Part shown: positions 38,484 to 48,406 of the stretch, in pieces
Position numbering within the stretch: position 1 is the first letter of the stretch
How the letters are laid out: the number at the start of each line of letters is the position of its first letter
Notes under the pieces: model-generated
Database searches by the model: none
The model's input: only the letters and a program-made list of their open reading frames with translations
Told to the model about the DNA's origin: nothing
Program-made: the position numbers and the translations under genes
Assembly: GCA_017431035.1 (NCBI GenBank)
Contig: JAFRLW010000028.1
Coordinates: forward strand, 71,823-135,822
DNA: 64,000 bases
Direction: 5' to 3'
Source: Clostridia bacterium
Lineage (GTDB): Bacteria; Bacillota; Clostridia; Oscillospirales; Acutalibacteraceae

Positions 38484-40046
38484 TTATACCTTTTCCGCCT
38501 GTCTTTTTCCTATTACTTTTGAAACTTTATTCTTTATAAACTGCTTTTCACCATTTTCAAGTGATAAAAACCAAATTGACACCGCATACACCGCCGTATA
38601 AACGGCTATTTCGGTTAAAAACAGCGGTATTGATTTTGAGTTTATGATATTGTTAAATACTATACCTAAAATAACGGGCGGAACAAGGCCTATGCTTGTT
38701 CTTGCAATACTTTTCCAAAACTTTATAATATCAACATTACAATGCTTATGGTAGTAAATGTTCAGCATAACGCCGTCTACCGCAAAGACCGAAACCGCCG
38801 TGCCGAAAGCGGCACCTATAGCGCCGTACAACTGACAAAGATATATGGTAAGTAAGAGGTTGACGCCTGACATTATAAGGTAAGCAATGCTGCGGAACTT
38901 GTGACGGTTAAGCGCCCTTTGTATATCAACACCGACATTTTGTATAAGCGCTATTGTTGCAGGAAGAATAAGAAGCAAGGTTACATAGTAGGAGTCTTCA
39001 TACCCTTTTCCCGCCCATATCTCAGTAATAAACTGATAACCGAAGAATATAAGCCCCGTGGCGATTAGCCCTAACACCATAAACTGTACCCTGCCGACCT
39101 TTATAAAAAGCGAGGTCAGTTTTTCTCTTTGTTCTTGACTGTCAAGTTCGGTGGTGTTCACTATCATATGTACCCTTGTTCTGAAAACGCTTGAAACCGA
39201 GGTGGAAAAGTTCTCATAGTAAACGTGCAGTGAAGACGCAACCGCATATATCGCAACCACAGCTGCACCTTTGAACCGACCGAGCAAAACTTTATCTATA
39301 TTCCAGTTCACCTGTTTTACAATGGTATTTATCATAATAAACGAGGTGTAAACAAACAAACTGCTGAAAAGACCTTTTTCAAAGTTTTTGAAATAGAACT
39401 TGTCCTTTAGCACAAAGAAAACATAGTACATATTTGCCATATCGACAAGTATCGCTATAAATACCGTGACCGCCACTACGGCTATTGACTTATGACCTGC
39501 AATAAGCAACGGCACAGTGAGTAACGGGGTCAGCACCGTTTTGCCCATATGCATCAGTTTATGGAAAATAAATCGCTCGTTTGCGGCAATTATCGTTCCG
39601 AAAACACTCATCGGGAAAGAAAGAGAAAGATTTATTGTAAGCAGCAACATCAAAACTCTCGCCACTTCATACTCATCATTTGTAAGACCTTTATCAAAAA
39701 CAAGCCTTAAATTAAAGGTCAAAAACAAACCGAGTATGAGCGCAATAATACCGACAACGGTGAAAATAGTCATAAACATTCCGTTTAGGCGGTAAATGGC
39801 GTCTGTATCGCCTTTTGCCTTGTATTTTGCATAATAGCGCAAATATCCGCTTCCAAAGCCGAGACTTAAAATTGAAAGCATTGATATTGTAGACGCCGCA
39901 GTATTATATAAACCGTACTCGCTTTGTCCGAGCATTCTTATCATTACGGGGGTGTATATTATACCTACAAATATACCGACCGCCATTTGAACGTAAGATA
40001 GCACGGCGCCTATGCGTATTTGTTTTTTGTGATCAATAGAACTCAA
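38484..40046 (-). CDS. wzx: oligosaccharide flippase (Wzx, MOP superfamily)
   Basis: 520 aa with about 14 TM helices, in the polysaccharide-biosynthesis-protein pattern and operon context. Confidence 0.8.
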   Translation of the reverse strand: MSSIDHKKQIRIGAVLSYVQMAVGIFVGIIYTPVMIRMLGQSEYGLYNTAASTISMLSILSLGFGSGYLRYYAKYKAKGDTDAIYRLNGMFMTIFTVVGIIALILGLFLTFNLRLVFDKGLTNDEYEVARVLMLLLTINLSLSFPMSVFGTIIAANERFIFHKLMHMGKTVLTPLLTVPLLIAGHKSIAVVAVTVFIAILVDMANMYYVFFVLKDKFYFKNFEKGLFSSLFVYTSFIMINTIVKQVNWNIDKVLLGRFKGAAVVAIYAVASSLHVYYENFSTSVSSVFRTRVHMIVNTTELDSQEQREKLTSLFIKVGRVQFMVLGLIATGLIFFGYQFITEIWAGKGYEDSYYVTLLLILPATIALIQNVGVDIQRALNRHKFRSIAYLIMSGVNLLLTIYLCQLYGAIGAAFGTAVSVFAVDGVMLNIYYHKHCNVDIIKFWKSIARTSIGLVPPVILGIVFNNIINSKSIPLFLTEIAVYTAVYAVSIWFLSLENGEKQFIKNKVSKVIGKRQAEKV

Positions 40047-40056
40047 ATCAATTCTC

Positions 40057-40863
40057 CTAAAGTTTACATTCTATAATTGAGCGACAACACTCATAATGTT
40101 CCGCCTCAGGCGGTATTTGCATATAGTCGCCGTATCTTCTCTTCAAAAACTCATCATAATTTTTCGGTATCGGAAACTCGGTGTCCTCAAACTTGTGCAT
40201 TATAAGGTCCTCAAAAGTTTCCCTTTTTATCGGATAAATACCATTATTCGGGTGTGCCACTTTATACACGTATTTAGTCTTAAAAGGCTTGAACATTTTC
40301 ATTGAAAAGTCACGAAAAGCATTTATAACACCGTAGGGCAACAAAGAAAAGGGTTTATAGATACTTTTCTTTTTGGCGGAACCTGTATATATTCCGCTTT
40401 TTACTTTGCCTACGCTTGACCAAAACATAGTCAGTTTTACCTGAAGTTTCAAAAGGGGGGGCAAAATGTTATCAATGGGGTGCAAATCAATAAACACGCC
40501 TTTATGAAGTTCGGTAAGTGACGCTAATTCTTTTTCAAGAAAAACCGTACCGTTAAGCCGAACCTTTGCCCAGTTGTTAGGATATCTTTTTTCGGTAGTA
40601 TAGTGGCTTACAAAGATTTTGTCGTTTTTATTTTTTTTCATGTATCTTAAAAACTTATCAAAATCTTTTCTCGGCATACACATATCAATATCGTGGTCCC
40701 AGGGGATAAAACCGTTATGCCTCACAGCACCTATAACCGAGCCGCCATATAGCGAATACTTAAAACCGTTTTCTTCACATATACGCTTTACTTCAAGAGC
40801 AATTTTAAGCATTCTGTCGTGTACGATATCCATATCATACCCGGCGGCTTTATATAAGCTCAT
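40057..40863 (-). CDS. licD: LicD-family phosphotransferase (paralogue 2)
   Basis: LYGGSVIGAVRHNGFIPWDHDIDMCMPRKDF is the LicD nucleotidyltransferase-fold motif. Confidence 0.8.
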   Translation of the reverse strand: MSLYKAAGYDMDIVHDRMLKIALEVKRICEENGFKYSLYGGSVIGAVRHNGFIPWDHDIDMCMPRKDFDKFLRYMKKNKNDKIFVSHYTTEKRYPNNWAKVRLNGTVFLEKELASLTELHKGVFIDLHPIDNILPPLLKLQVKLTMFWSSVGKVKSGIYTGSAKKKSIYKPFSLLPYGVINAFRDFSMKMFKPFKTKYVYKVAHPNNGIYPIKRETFEDLIMHKFEDTEFPIPKNYDEFLKRRYGDYMQIPPEAEHYECCRSIIECKL

Positions 40864-40875
40864 AATAATACTCCT

Positions 40876-41712
40876 TTAATCTTTTGTCAGATAACTCATA
40901 ACGTAGAGGTTATTTTTATCTAAATCGCTTGCCTTATCCTTATAGTAGGCTTTAATAAAATGGTGGGTGATTTGTTTTTCTTTTGGCGGCGGAGTCATAT
41001 AATCGCCGAAGTATGCGGTCAGCAGTCGGTCATATCCTACGGGAGCGGGATATTCCTTCCCCTCAAAAGACACCAAAACCGTACTGTCAAAAACACTCTT
41101 TTCTACCGCACATCTGCCGTATTCCAAAAAGTTTGCAACAAGTTTTGTTTCACTTTTGTTAAACTTAGTTGCGTTTTTAATCATCTCAAAAAGATAGTGG
41201 TTTTGCCCCTTGCTTCTAAGATAATTTCTTCTTACCCTTTTTATAAGACCTTTCAGCCCCCTGCCAAGTTCTTTATCGGTTTGCTTTGAAAGGGAGGACA
41301 GGCGTCTTAATTTGTCACGCTTATCAAAAACGTTTTGTATGTTTTTTCCCGGCGCATTATCATAAATATCAACGTCAATATTAACCGACAAAAGATACTT
41401 ATTATCCTCAACAAGATAGGTTTTGGTATCAACCACCTTGCCAAAGGGACAAAAGATGTTAGACTCGTTATAAACGGTTATAAGTTTATAACGGTCGGTC
41501 TTAAAAGATTTTCTGAAAAGTTCATAGTCTTCTCTTAACATCCCAATATCAATATCGTCATCCCAGGGGATATAGCCTTTGTGCCTAATAGCGCCAAGCA
41601 ACGTTCCCTTATCAAGCCAGTATTTTATACCGTTTTCTTTACAAAAAGTATCAACGGTGTCTAAAATGCCGAGCTGTATCTGCCTTAAACTTTTAATATC
41701 TATTTCCTGCAT
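40876..41712 (-). CDS. licD: LicD-family phosphotransferase (paralogue 1)
   Basis: WLDKGTLLGAIRHKGYIPWDDDIDIGMLREDY. Confidence 0.8.
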   Translation of the reverse strand: MQEIDIKSLRQIQLGILDTVDTFCKENGIKYWLDKGTLLGAIRHKGYIPWDDDIDIGMLREDYELFRKSFKTDRYKLITVYNESNIFCPFGKVVDTKTYLVEDNKYLLSVNIDVDIYDNAPGKNIQNVFDKRDKLRRLSSLSKQTDKELGRGLKGLIKRVRRNYLRSKGQNHYLFEMIKNATKFNKSETKLVANFLEYGRCAVEKSVFDSTVLVSFEGKEYPAPVGYDRLLTAYFGDYMTPPPKEKQITHHFIKAYYKDKASDLDKNNLYVMSYLTKD

Positions 41713-41715
41713 TTA

Positions 41716-42702
41716 TTATTTTCCTTTAAGTCTTTTAAGGAGTATATCAAACCTGCCGTAGCGAATTGCGTTAAAGCCCATTTCAATTCTGCCTAACAGT
41801 CTTTTTACGGGGCTATATACGGCATTACGCCTTTTTTCCATACGCCTTGCATACTCGGCGTCAATTTGAACGTATTTAGGGTGTTTTAGGGGAAACTCTA
41901 TTTCGTGGGCGGTATTATTATAAATCTTGCGTTCAGTTTTGCTCATAATTCTCGAATCGCTGACGCTTGAATGTGTGGCGTTTTCCGAAAAACCGATGTT
42001 TCTTACAAGGTTGACTTTCGGTATAATGGCGTATTTAGAGTCAAGAAAAGCCAAGTGACCTATTATCGTCTCCCAGTATAGTATACCGGAACCTGCATGG
42101 CGTTTTGATTTTTCAAGCCTTTTTTCCGCCCGTTTTCCAAGAGTATATTTCAGGTTATCCATCAAATACTCGTCATTAAAATGGGAATATTCTTCATCCC
42201 ATTTTTCAGCAACCCTTTTCCAACTTGCCCAAGCGCCCGTTCCCGTTTCGGCAAACAAATAATCATTTGGGCACCAGTCAGCACAGTCAAAGGGGTTAAG
42301 TCCGCAAATATGACTAATTCTCTCGTCAAACTCATATTTATCAAGCAGTTCCTTGCAAAATCTGAAATACGACCTGCCGGGCACAAAATCATCTTCAAGA
42401 ATAATGCACTTATCAACTATACTAAACGCCCAGCGAAACGCCATATAGGTAGACGGGTCGCAACCGATATTCTCTTCGTGATAGTTTTTATATACCTCGC
42501 AGTCCCAGTCTACACCTTCGGCAATTTTTCTGCACTCGTTTATTTTATCTATATCATCAGGACGGTTTTTTCTCGGTCCGTCCTGCCATAGAAGAAGTCT
42601 TTTCGGCTTTGCCTCTCTTACAGCGGCAAAAACCTCCTTAAAGGTTTCAGGTCGGGCAAAGAAGACCAAAAGAACCGATATATCGTTACTCTTGTTTTCC
42701 AT
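41716..42702 (-). CDS. putative GT-A glycosyltransferase (GNT-I/HlpA-like)
   Basis: VLLVFFARPETFKEVF...LLLWQDGPR...CIILEDDFVP (EDD motif) resembles GNT-I-like bacterial proteins. From memory only. Confidence 0.5.
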   Translation of the reverse strand: MENKSNDISVLLVFFARPETFKEVFAAVREAKPKRLLLWQDGPRKNRPDDIDKINECRKIAEGVDWDCEVYKNYHEENIGCDPSTYMAFRWAFSIVDKCIILEDDFVPGRSYFRFCKELLDKYEFDERISHICGLNPFDCADWCPNDYLFAETGTGAWASWKRVAEKWDEEYSHFNDEYLMDNLKYTLGKRAEKRLEKSKRHAGSGILYWETIIGHLAFLDSKYAIIPKVNLVRNIGFSENATHSSVSDSRIMSKTERKIYNNTAHEIEFPLKHPKYVQIDAEYARRMEKRRNAVYSPVKRLLGRIEMGFNAIRYGRFDILLKRLKGK

Positions 42703-43915
42703 CTATCTCTTGCCTTTCTATACTCATTTGTTTCATAGTAAGCGGAACTAAAAAAAGAACAACAAACATTACCGACGTTGAAGAATGTATGGGGTTTGTA
42801 AAGCCCATAAGTAAAAGCATCAACCAAAAAGGTGAATAATCTCTTTTTTCTGCGCCTAGGTATCTGTTTACCGCCGTTTTTGAATTTTTAAGCAGTAAGA
42901 CAAAAGGTATTCCGCCGAGAAGTCCCGTTCGGGCAAATACTGTCAGGAGGGTAGCGTGTCCGTCAAAGTCAAGCGTTCTGTTTCCGATAATAGGCGAAAA
43001 CAAAAAAGCCTTGATTGCCTTGCCGTACAGATTCAGTCTGCCGTTCAGGTTGTATCCGTCTTTATTAGAGCCGGTAATGAAATCATACACTTCATTTAAC
43101 CGGATGGATATTTCCTCGGAAGGTACCCTTGCGGCAAGAACCTTTATAATAATCGGTATTGCAAGCACGGCAATAGGCAACATTATCAAAAAAAGTATTT
43201 TTATATTTCGGCTTTTTATTTTTATATACCACATATACAAAAGTCCGAAAATAGACATTATAAGCGCTATTGTGTACTGTGATAAAACTATAAAATAAAG
43301 CTGGAAAGCAATAGCTAAAACCGCCAAAACTTTATTGTACGGCTTTTTGAAGTTTTTAAGCAGATAGACAAAAAGCACTAATAAAAACGGTATTGCATAA
43401 ACAAAGGTATACCCTGCGATATTTTCTTTTGCAGTCTCTTCAAAACTTGTCCATTCTCTTGCTATTCTTGCGTTGACCATAAGTTCTCTGATAGTAGTTA
43501 TCATTGTATAGAACATCAGAACCATACCGCTGCCTATTATCGCTTTTCTCTCAAAAGCATTAGACCTCTTGGTCGCCCAGTCAAGAAAAAGAATAGGAAT
43601 AAACATATTCATATACTGATAAAGTTTGCTCGTAAACTGCTTTATTTCACGGTTTGACGCCTCTTCCGAAATGGTGGTGGTATCGGTCAAAACGGTGTAT
43701 ATAAAAGCCATATAAACAATTAAACCTAAGAGTATGAGTATTTCTTTTTTTGAAATTATGCGATCCTTTTTTAAGAACAAATAAACTATGTAAAAAAGAT
43801 ATGCCGCTATCATTAAATAAAACGGTATAGAGGAATAAGCCGCCGGCAAAATACAACAAACGGTAAAAAACAGGATAATCAGAAATTCAAACGATATTCT
43901 TCTTTTATTTTCCAT
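42686..43915 (-). CDS. wzy: O-antigen polymerase/ligase-family membrane protein (Wzy-like)
   Basis: 409 aa with 10 or more TM helices and a periplasmic-loop His motif region (FDGHATLLTVFARTGLLG). Operon context with Wzx. Confidence 0.65.
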   Translation of the reverse strand: MENKRRISFEFLIILFFTVCCILPAAYSSIPFYLMIAAYLFYIVYLFLKKDRIISKKEILILLGLIVYMAFIYTVLTDTTTISEEASNREIKQFTSKLYQYMNMFIPILFLDWATKRSNAFERKAIIGSGMVLMFYTMITTIRELMVNARIAREWTSFEETAKENIAGYTFVYAIPFLLVLFVYLLKNFKKPYNKVLAVLAIAFQLYFIVLSQYTIALIMSIFGLLYMWYIKIKSRNIKILFLIMLPIAVLAIPIIIKVLAARVPSEEISIRLNEVYDFITGSNKDGYNLNGRLNLYGKAIKAFLFSPIIGNRTLDFDGHATLLTVFARTGLLGGIPFVLLLKNSKTAVNRYLGAEKRDYSPFWLMLLLMGFTNPIHSSTSVMFVVLFLVPLTMKQMSIERQEIDGKQE

Positions 43916-45125
43916 TGTTTTTGTCGCCTCCTTTATACAGTTTTATAAAGCGCTCATAGTTTTTGTCTTTATCAAAATTATCTATCACAAACTGTCTTGC
44001 GCCGTCTTGGTATTTTTCTTTCCCGATTTTGTAAACGGTGAAAACAGCATCTATAAACTCTTTTATATTTCCGGTTTCAACCTTGAAACCAAACTCGTCA
44101 GACACCGTTTCTTTGGCGCCGGTGTTCGCATAGGTGATAACCGGTGTACCTGAGGACCCGGCCTCTACTTTTAAAAGATAAAACGACTCCTCTCTTGTAC
44201 AGTTGGCAAACACGTCTGCCATATTGTAGGTTCTTCTGAGTTTTTCTTTGTTCATAAAAGGCAGGGTTATAACGTTTTTCGGTAAAAGGGCTTTGTCCCT
44301 TTCCGTAACGCCCATAATCACAAATGCCATATCGTCTTTAAGAGAAGATGTAAACTCTTTTAACAGTTCTCTGTTTGCCGGTTTTAGCCACTTGTTCGCA
44401 ATACCGAGCACAACAAACTTATCTTTTATTCCGAGTTCCTCTTTTAAGGTGTCTTTTTGAGGCTTAAAAAAGTTTGTGTCAACTCCGTTATAAACCGTGA
44501 CAAATCTCTTTGCCCTGATTCCCGATAATTTCGCCTCGTCGGTTATCCATTTTGAAACGCCGACTACGGTCAAATCCTTTATGGCGGAGAGGTATTTTAT
44601 TCTGTCTTTCAGTATCTTTTGTGAACTGTCAAACAAATAGGATTTTGTGCCTATATTTCTCGCTTTACAGTTGCCGCAACCTTTTTTCCACTTGTCACAC
44701 TCTACGGCAGTATAGTGGAAACATCCGCCTGTATAAAACCAGCAGTCGTGCAAAGTGATAACGGTTTTTATATCCGCTTTAGCAAGAAAATCAAGCAGCA
44801 TATTAAGGTTTATATAGTTGCTGTGCAGGTTATGAAGATGAACAACGTCTGGCTTTATACCCTTTAGCCATTTTATAAATCTTCTTGTTGCAAAACTTGA
44901 ATAATACCCTTGCTTTCCGCCTATTCGTGAGAGCAGAGCGTGAACCTTTTTGCCAAACACTCCGCCTATTTTATAGCCGTTTACTATAGTGTTTTCGTCT
45001 ACGTCGGTTGTAGAATATGCAACGTATGACTCAAACCCGCTACTTAGCAAAAGTTTATGTATATCCGACATTATCGTACCCGTACTGCCGGCGTTATAAG
45101 TGGCGTTTACCTCTACAATTTTCAT
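43905..45125 (-). CDS. glycosyltransferase family 4 (GT-B)
   Basis: HLHNLHSNY...ITLHDCWFYTGGC N-terminal domain and a C-terminal E..(S/F)...EA..SGTPVI-like motif. Confidence 0.8.
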   Translation of the reverse strand: MKIVEVNATYNAGSTGTIMSDIHKLLLSSGFESYVAYSTTDVDENTIVNGYKIGGVFGKKVHALLSRIGGKQGYYSSFATRRFIKWLKGIKPDVVHLHNLHSNYINLNMLLDFLAKADIKTVITLHDCWFYTGGCFHYTAVECDKWKKGCGNCKARNIGTKSYLFDSSQKILKDRIKYLSAIKDLTVVGVSKWITDEAKLSGIRAKRFVTVYNGVDTNFFKPQKDTLKEELGIKDKFVVLGIANKWLKPANRELLKEFTSSLKDDMAFVIMGVTERDKALLPKNVITLPFMNKEKLRRTYNMADVFANCTREESFYLLKVEAGSSGTPVITYANTGAKETVSDEFGFKVETGNIKEFIDAVFTVYKIGKEKYQDGARQFVIDNFDKDKNYERFIKLYKGGDKNNGK

Positions 45126-46084
45126 AATTTTTCCTCGTTTTGCCTAAACGCCCTGTGTTTTCGGTCTCCCGGTAGGGTGATAATGTTGTCTTTTATTGTT
45201 TTAGTGTTTCTGAGTTTTTCTTCAAAATCCTTTATGCGCTCGTCATATTCTTCACCGAGCACGGCATACGGGTCGATTACCGTACACATAAATCCAACGT
45301 TCATACCGTTTTTACTGTCGGTATAAAATCTGCCGACTGTATCAAGATATGCCGCTCCGGACATCACGCCCGATAATATGTCAATCAGCATAGCGATAGC
45401 GTATCCTTTGTGTCCTGCCATAGGCATTATAAAACCTTTTATGGCGCTGTCGGGGTCGTTAGTCGGCTCTCCGTTTTCATCAAGCGCCCACCCGTCAGGC
45501 AGTTTTTTACCCTGCTCTTTATAATAGGCAAACTTTGATTTTGCAACTATGCTTGAAGCCATATCTATAATAATGGGGTCTTTATCGGCTATAGGTATAG
45601 CGGCGGCAAAAGGATTTGTGCCGAGCATTTTTTCTCTTCCGCCTATGGGCGCCATTTGAGCCGGACTGTTAGAAGATATAATCCCTATCATACCGCTTTT
45701 GGCGGCGAGAAGCGGATAGTAAAAAGCCGGACCGAAAGTATTGTTGTTGCGGCTGAAAACGGTAAACATTCCATTTTCTTTTGCCTTACGTATAGCATAT
45801 TCCATACTGTGAACGGCACTCACAAATCCTATTGAGTTATCGCCGTCTAAAACAGCAAAAGAGTTTGTTTCTCTTATTACCTTAAAATCGGGATTTAGAT
45901 TAAAACCGTTTTCCGATAATTTCTTTATATAGGTTGGAAGCATTTTACTGCCGTGCGTCAACACGCCGCATTTATCCGCAACAGTCATAACATCGGCGGT
46001 AATTTCGGCGTCCGTCTTTGAAACGCCGTATGAGGATAATATTTCTATTATCTCTTCTTTTTCATAAAGCTTTATTTCAGGCAT
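45122..46084 (-). CDS. Ldh_2-family (malate/L-lactate/sulfolactate dehydrogenase type 2) oxidoreductase
   Basis: ADKCGVLTHGSKMLPTYI...GTNPFAAAIP...MAGHKGYAIAMLIDILSG are Ldh_2 family motifs as I recall them. 4-nt overlap with the downstream GT4 gene. Confidence 0.7.
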   Translation of the reverse strand: MPEIKLYEKEEIIEILSSYGVSKTDAEITADVMTVADKCGVLTHGSKMLPTYIKKLSENGFNLNPDFKVIRETNSFAVLDGDNSIGFVSAVHSMEYAIRKAKENGMFTVFSRNNNTFGPAFYYPLLAAKSGMIGIISSNSPAQMAPIGGREKMLGTNPFAAAIPIADKDPIIIDMASSIVAKSKFAYYKEQGKKLPDGWALDENGEPTNDPDSAIKGFIMPMAGHKGYAIAMLIDILSGVMSGAAYLDTVGRFYTDSKNGMNVGFMCTVIDPYAVLGEEYDERIKDFEEKLRNTKTIKDNIITLPGDRKHRAFRQNEEKL

Positions 46085-47395
46085 TTACTTCCCCTTTTTT
46101 GATGCTCTTGTAATAGTGTTTATAAAGGTTTCTTTAACAAGCGATTCTTCGTGATTTCGTTTTCCGCACATAAAGGCTTTTTTTGAATACTCTTCCACCG
46201 TTTTTTTGTCACCAAGTAGTTTTTCAAGTTGTTCTTTAACCTCTGCCGGTGTGGTGGCAATTACGGCGGCATCATTTTCTTTAAGGTACATTATCGGCGC
46301 TATTCTGCTGTCCCCTATGGCAAAAATACATTTACCGCTTGCAAAATAATCGGTAAGTTTTGTTGAGAAAGAGAGCCTTGCGTCAAGACAATGTTTTTTA
46401 CTGAGCGACTCAACAAAAACAACCACGTCGGCATCTTTTTGTATTTCGGCAACCTTGTCTTTTGGTACGGCGCCTCTCATAGTGCATCCGTTTTGATTTA
46501 GTATTTCCATAGTTTTATCATCAAGCACGGTCGGAGAATAAATATCAAGGGTGATTAAGGTTTCATCACGGTTTATCTCTTTTAGCGCCTTTGATATTTC
46601 AACAAGCGAATAATCCCGCCCTATAAGCAGGTTGCCTGTGTATACCATTTTTACAGGGTTAGACGGCGACCTCTTCTCAAAGGTGAGGTTGTCATAGTTA
46701 ATACCCTTTGTGAGAACAACGCTCTTTGTGCCGAAAAGTTTATCGGTTTCGTCGCCCTCTATTTTTGTTATGGTAAACATCTCACTGCAGTTTGTTGCAA
46801 GTCTTTTAACGTGTTTTCTGAGAAAAAACCTATGAATATATGCAAAAATATTTTTTCCGCACACCATATAGGAATAATTGTCGTCCGCAAGATAGCAAAC
46901 ATAGGGCTTTTTGTGTTTTTTCAAAATATACTCCTGTATCTTTGCGGTATATATAACAGGGTAAATCGGCACAAAATACACGTCGGCGTCAAAATCTTCT
47001 ACAAACTTATCAAGCGCTTTTGTTTTCCAGCAGCCAAGAGACCACACCATCTCACGCACAAGGGTCATAAACCATGATTTTTTCTTGTGCGCTTTTGTGT
47101 AAAGTTTCTTTTCCGCTTCAGCAGCCCTCATATCCGCCGCCTCGCCGTTTCGAACCTCTTTGCCTACGGGTTTTCTGTTTATCACACTATGTATAATCGC
47201 ATTTTCGGATATTTGAAAAAACCTGTCGCAAACGGGGGTGTTCGGCATATCGGATTTTGTATATATTTGAGCAAGACGCTCTTTATCCCAAAACTTAAAT
47301 AAATCGGTTTGGGTATGTATTCCGCTGTCTTTTCTCCACGTGCTGAGCGAAATTGCAAGTACTTTAGGAAGTTGTTTTTCTGTCAACGTTAGCAC
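46085..47395 (-). CDS. uncharacterised 436-aa protein, possibly a GT-B-like transferase
   Basis: No family recognised for the N-terminal half. The C-terminal part (VVVFVESLSKKH...STKLTDYFASGKCIFAIG) resembles a GT-B C-terminal domain. Abuts the Ldh_2 start codon with no gap. Confidence 0.45.
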   Translation of the reverse strand: MLTLTEKQLPKVLAISLSTWRKDSGIHTQTDLFKFWDKERLAQIYTKSDMPNTPVCDRFFQISENAIIHSVINRKPVGKEVRNGEAADMRAAEAEKKLYTKAHKKKSWFMTLVREMVWSLGCWKTKALDKFVEDFDADVYFVPIYPVIYTAKIQEYILKKHKKPYVCYLADDNYSYMVCGKNIFAYIHRFFLRKHVKRLATNCSEMFTITKIEGDETDKLFGTKSVVLTKGINYDNLTFEKRSPSNPVKMVYTGNLLIGRDYSLVEISKALKEINRDETLITLDIYSPTVLDDKTMEILNQNGCTMRGAVPKDKVAEIQKDADVVVFVESLSKKHCLDARLSFSTKLTDYFASGKCIFAIGDSRIAPIMYLKENDAAVIATTPAEVKEQLEKLLGDKKTVEEYSKKAFMCGKRNHEESLVKETFINTITRASKKGK

Positions 47396-47412
47396 CTCAA
47401 AGTTTATAATAA

Positions 47413-48402
47413 TTACTGTCTTTTTATCTTATCAAGGGCGCTTAACATAGTAAGCATAAGGTTAAACCCAAGCGTTTTGTATGCCCGCCTTACAATAATC
47501 GGTCGACGGCTCACACCATAGTCTAAAAGCCAAGCGAGTTCTTTTATCGTTTTTTTATACTCTTTTTTCTGCTTGTCTGCTACACGGTTATAGGTGATAA
47601 GCAGGTTGCAATAGTATTTAGCGGTAGCGCTAAGGAGTGCGCATTTAAGCATATCGTTATCTTCTACCGCATTTATTTCATCGGCTCTTGCCTTTATAAT
47701 TTCCACAAAATCTTTAAGATTTTTTATTTTCACCGTTGCGGTGGTAGAGCCTGCACGCTGTCTGTACGCTATAAACGGCTCGTCAATAAAGGCGGCGGAT
47801 GTCGCTTTAAGACAAAGTCTCAACATCCAGTCCATATCCTCTCCGACCTTACCTTCGGGGAAGAATATTTTATTATCCACCATAACGCTTCTTTTAACCG
47901 CTTTATTCCACGCCATACCGAAAAAGGCGTCGTCCCTTACCAGCGCCGCAACAGAAGAGGTATAACCGTCGGCGGCTATGGCGTTTTTATAAGAATAGGA
48001 ATAGGATGAAAACTCTTTTGTTTCGTCAAAAAACTTTTTATGCTTAAAGAAAACAATATCGGCGCCGGTTTCGTCAATAACCTTTGCAAGTTTTCGGTAC
48101 AGGTCGTCACCCAAAAGATAATCGTCGCTATCCATATAAACAATGTAATCGCCCTTTGCGAGTTTTGCGCCCTCGTTTCTCGCCGCAGCTTGTCCGGCGT
48201 TTTTTTGATGAACCGCAACTACACGTTTATCCCGTGCGGCGTACTCATCGCAAAGGTCGCCGCTTTGGTCGGTGGACCCGTCATCAACAAGTATCAGTTC
48301 AAAATCGGTAAAGGTTTGAGAAAGTATACTGTCAACACATTCGCACAAATATTTACCTACGTTATAAATCGGGATAATAACGCTTATTTTCACCGACTTC
48401 AC
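47413..48402 (-). CDS. glycosyltransferase family 2
   Basis: VSVIIPIYNVGKYLCECVDSILSQTFTDFELILVDDGSTD...YMDSDD. Confidence 0.85.
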   Translation of the reverse strand: MKSVKISVIIPIYNVGKYLCECVDSILSQTFTDFELILVDDGSTDQSGDLCDEYAARDKRVVAVHQKNAGQAAARNEGAKLAKGDYIVYMDSDDYLLGDDLYRKLAKVIDETGADIVFFKHKKFFDETKEFSSYSYSYKNAIAADGYTSSVAALVRDDAFFGMAWNKAVKRSVMVDNKIFFPEGKVGEDMDWMLRLCLKATSAAFIDEPFIAYRQRAGSTTATVKIKNLKDFVEIIKARADEINAVEDNDMLKCALLSATAKYYCNLLITYNRVADKQKKEYKKTIKELAWLLDYGVSRRPIIVRRAYKTLGFNLMLTMLSALDKIKRQ

Positions 48403-48406
48403 TCCC

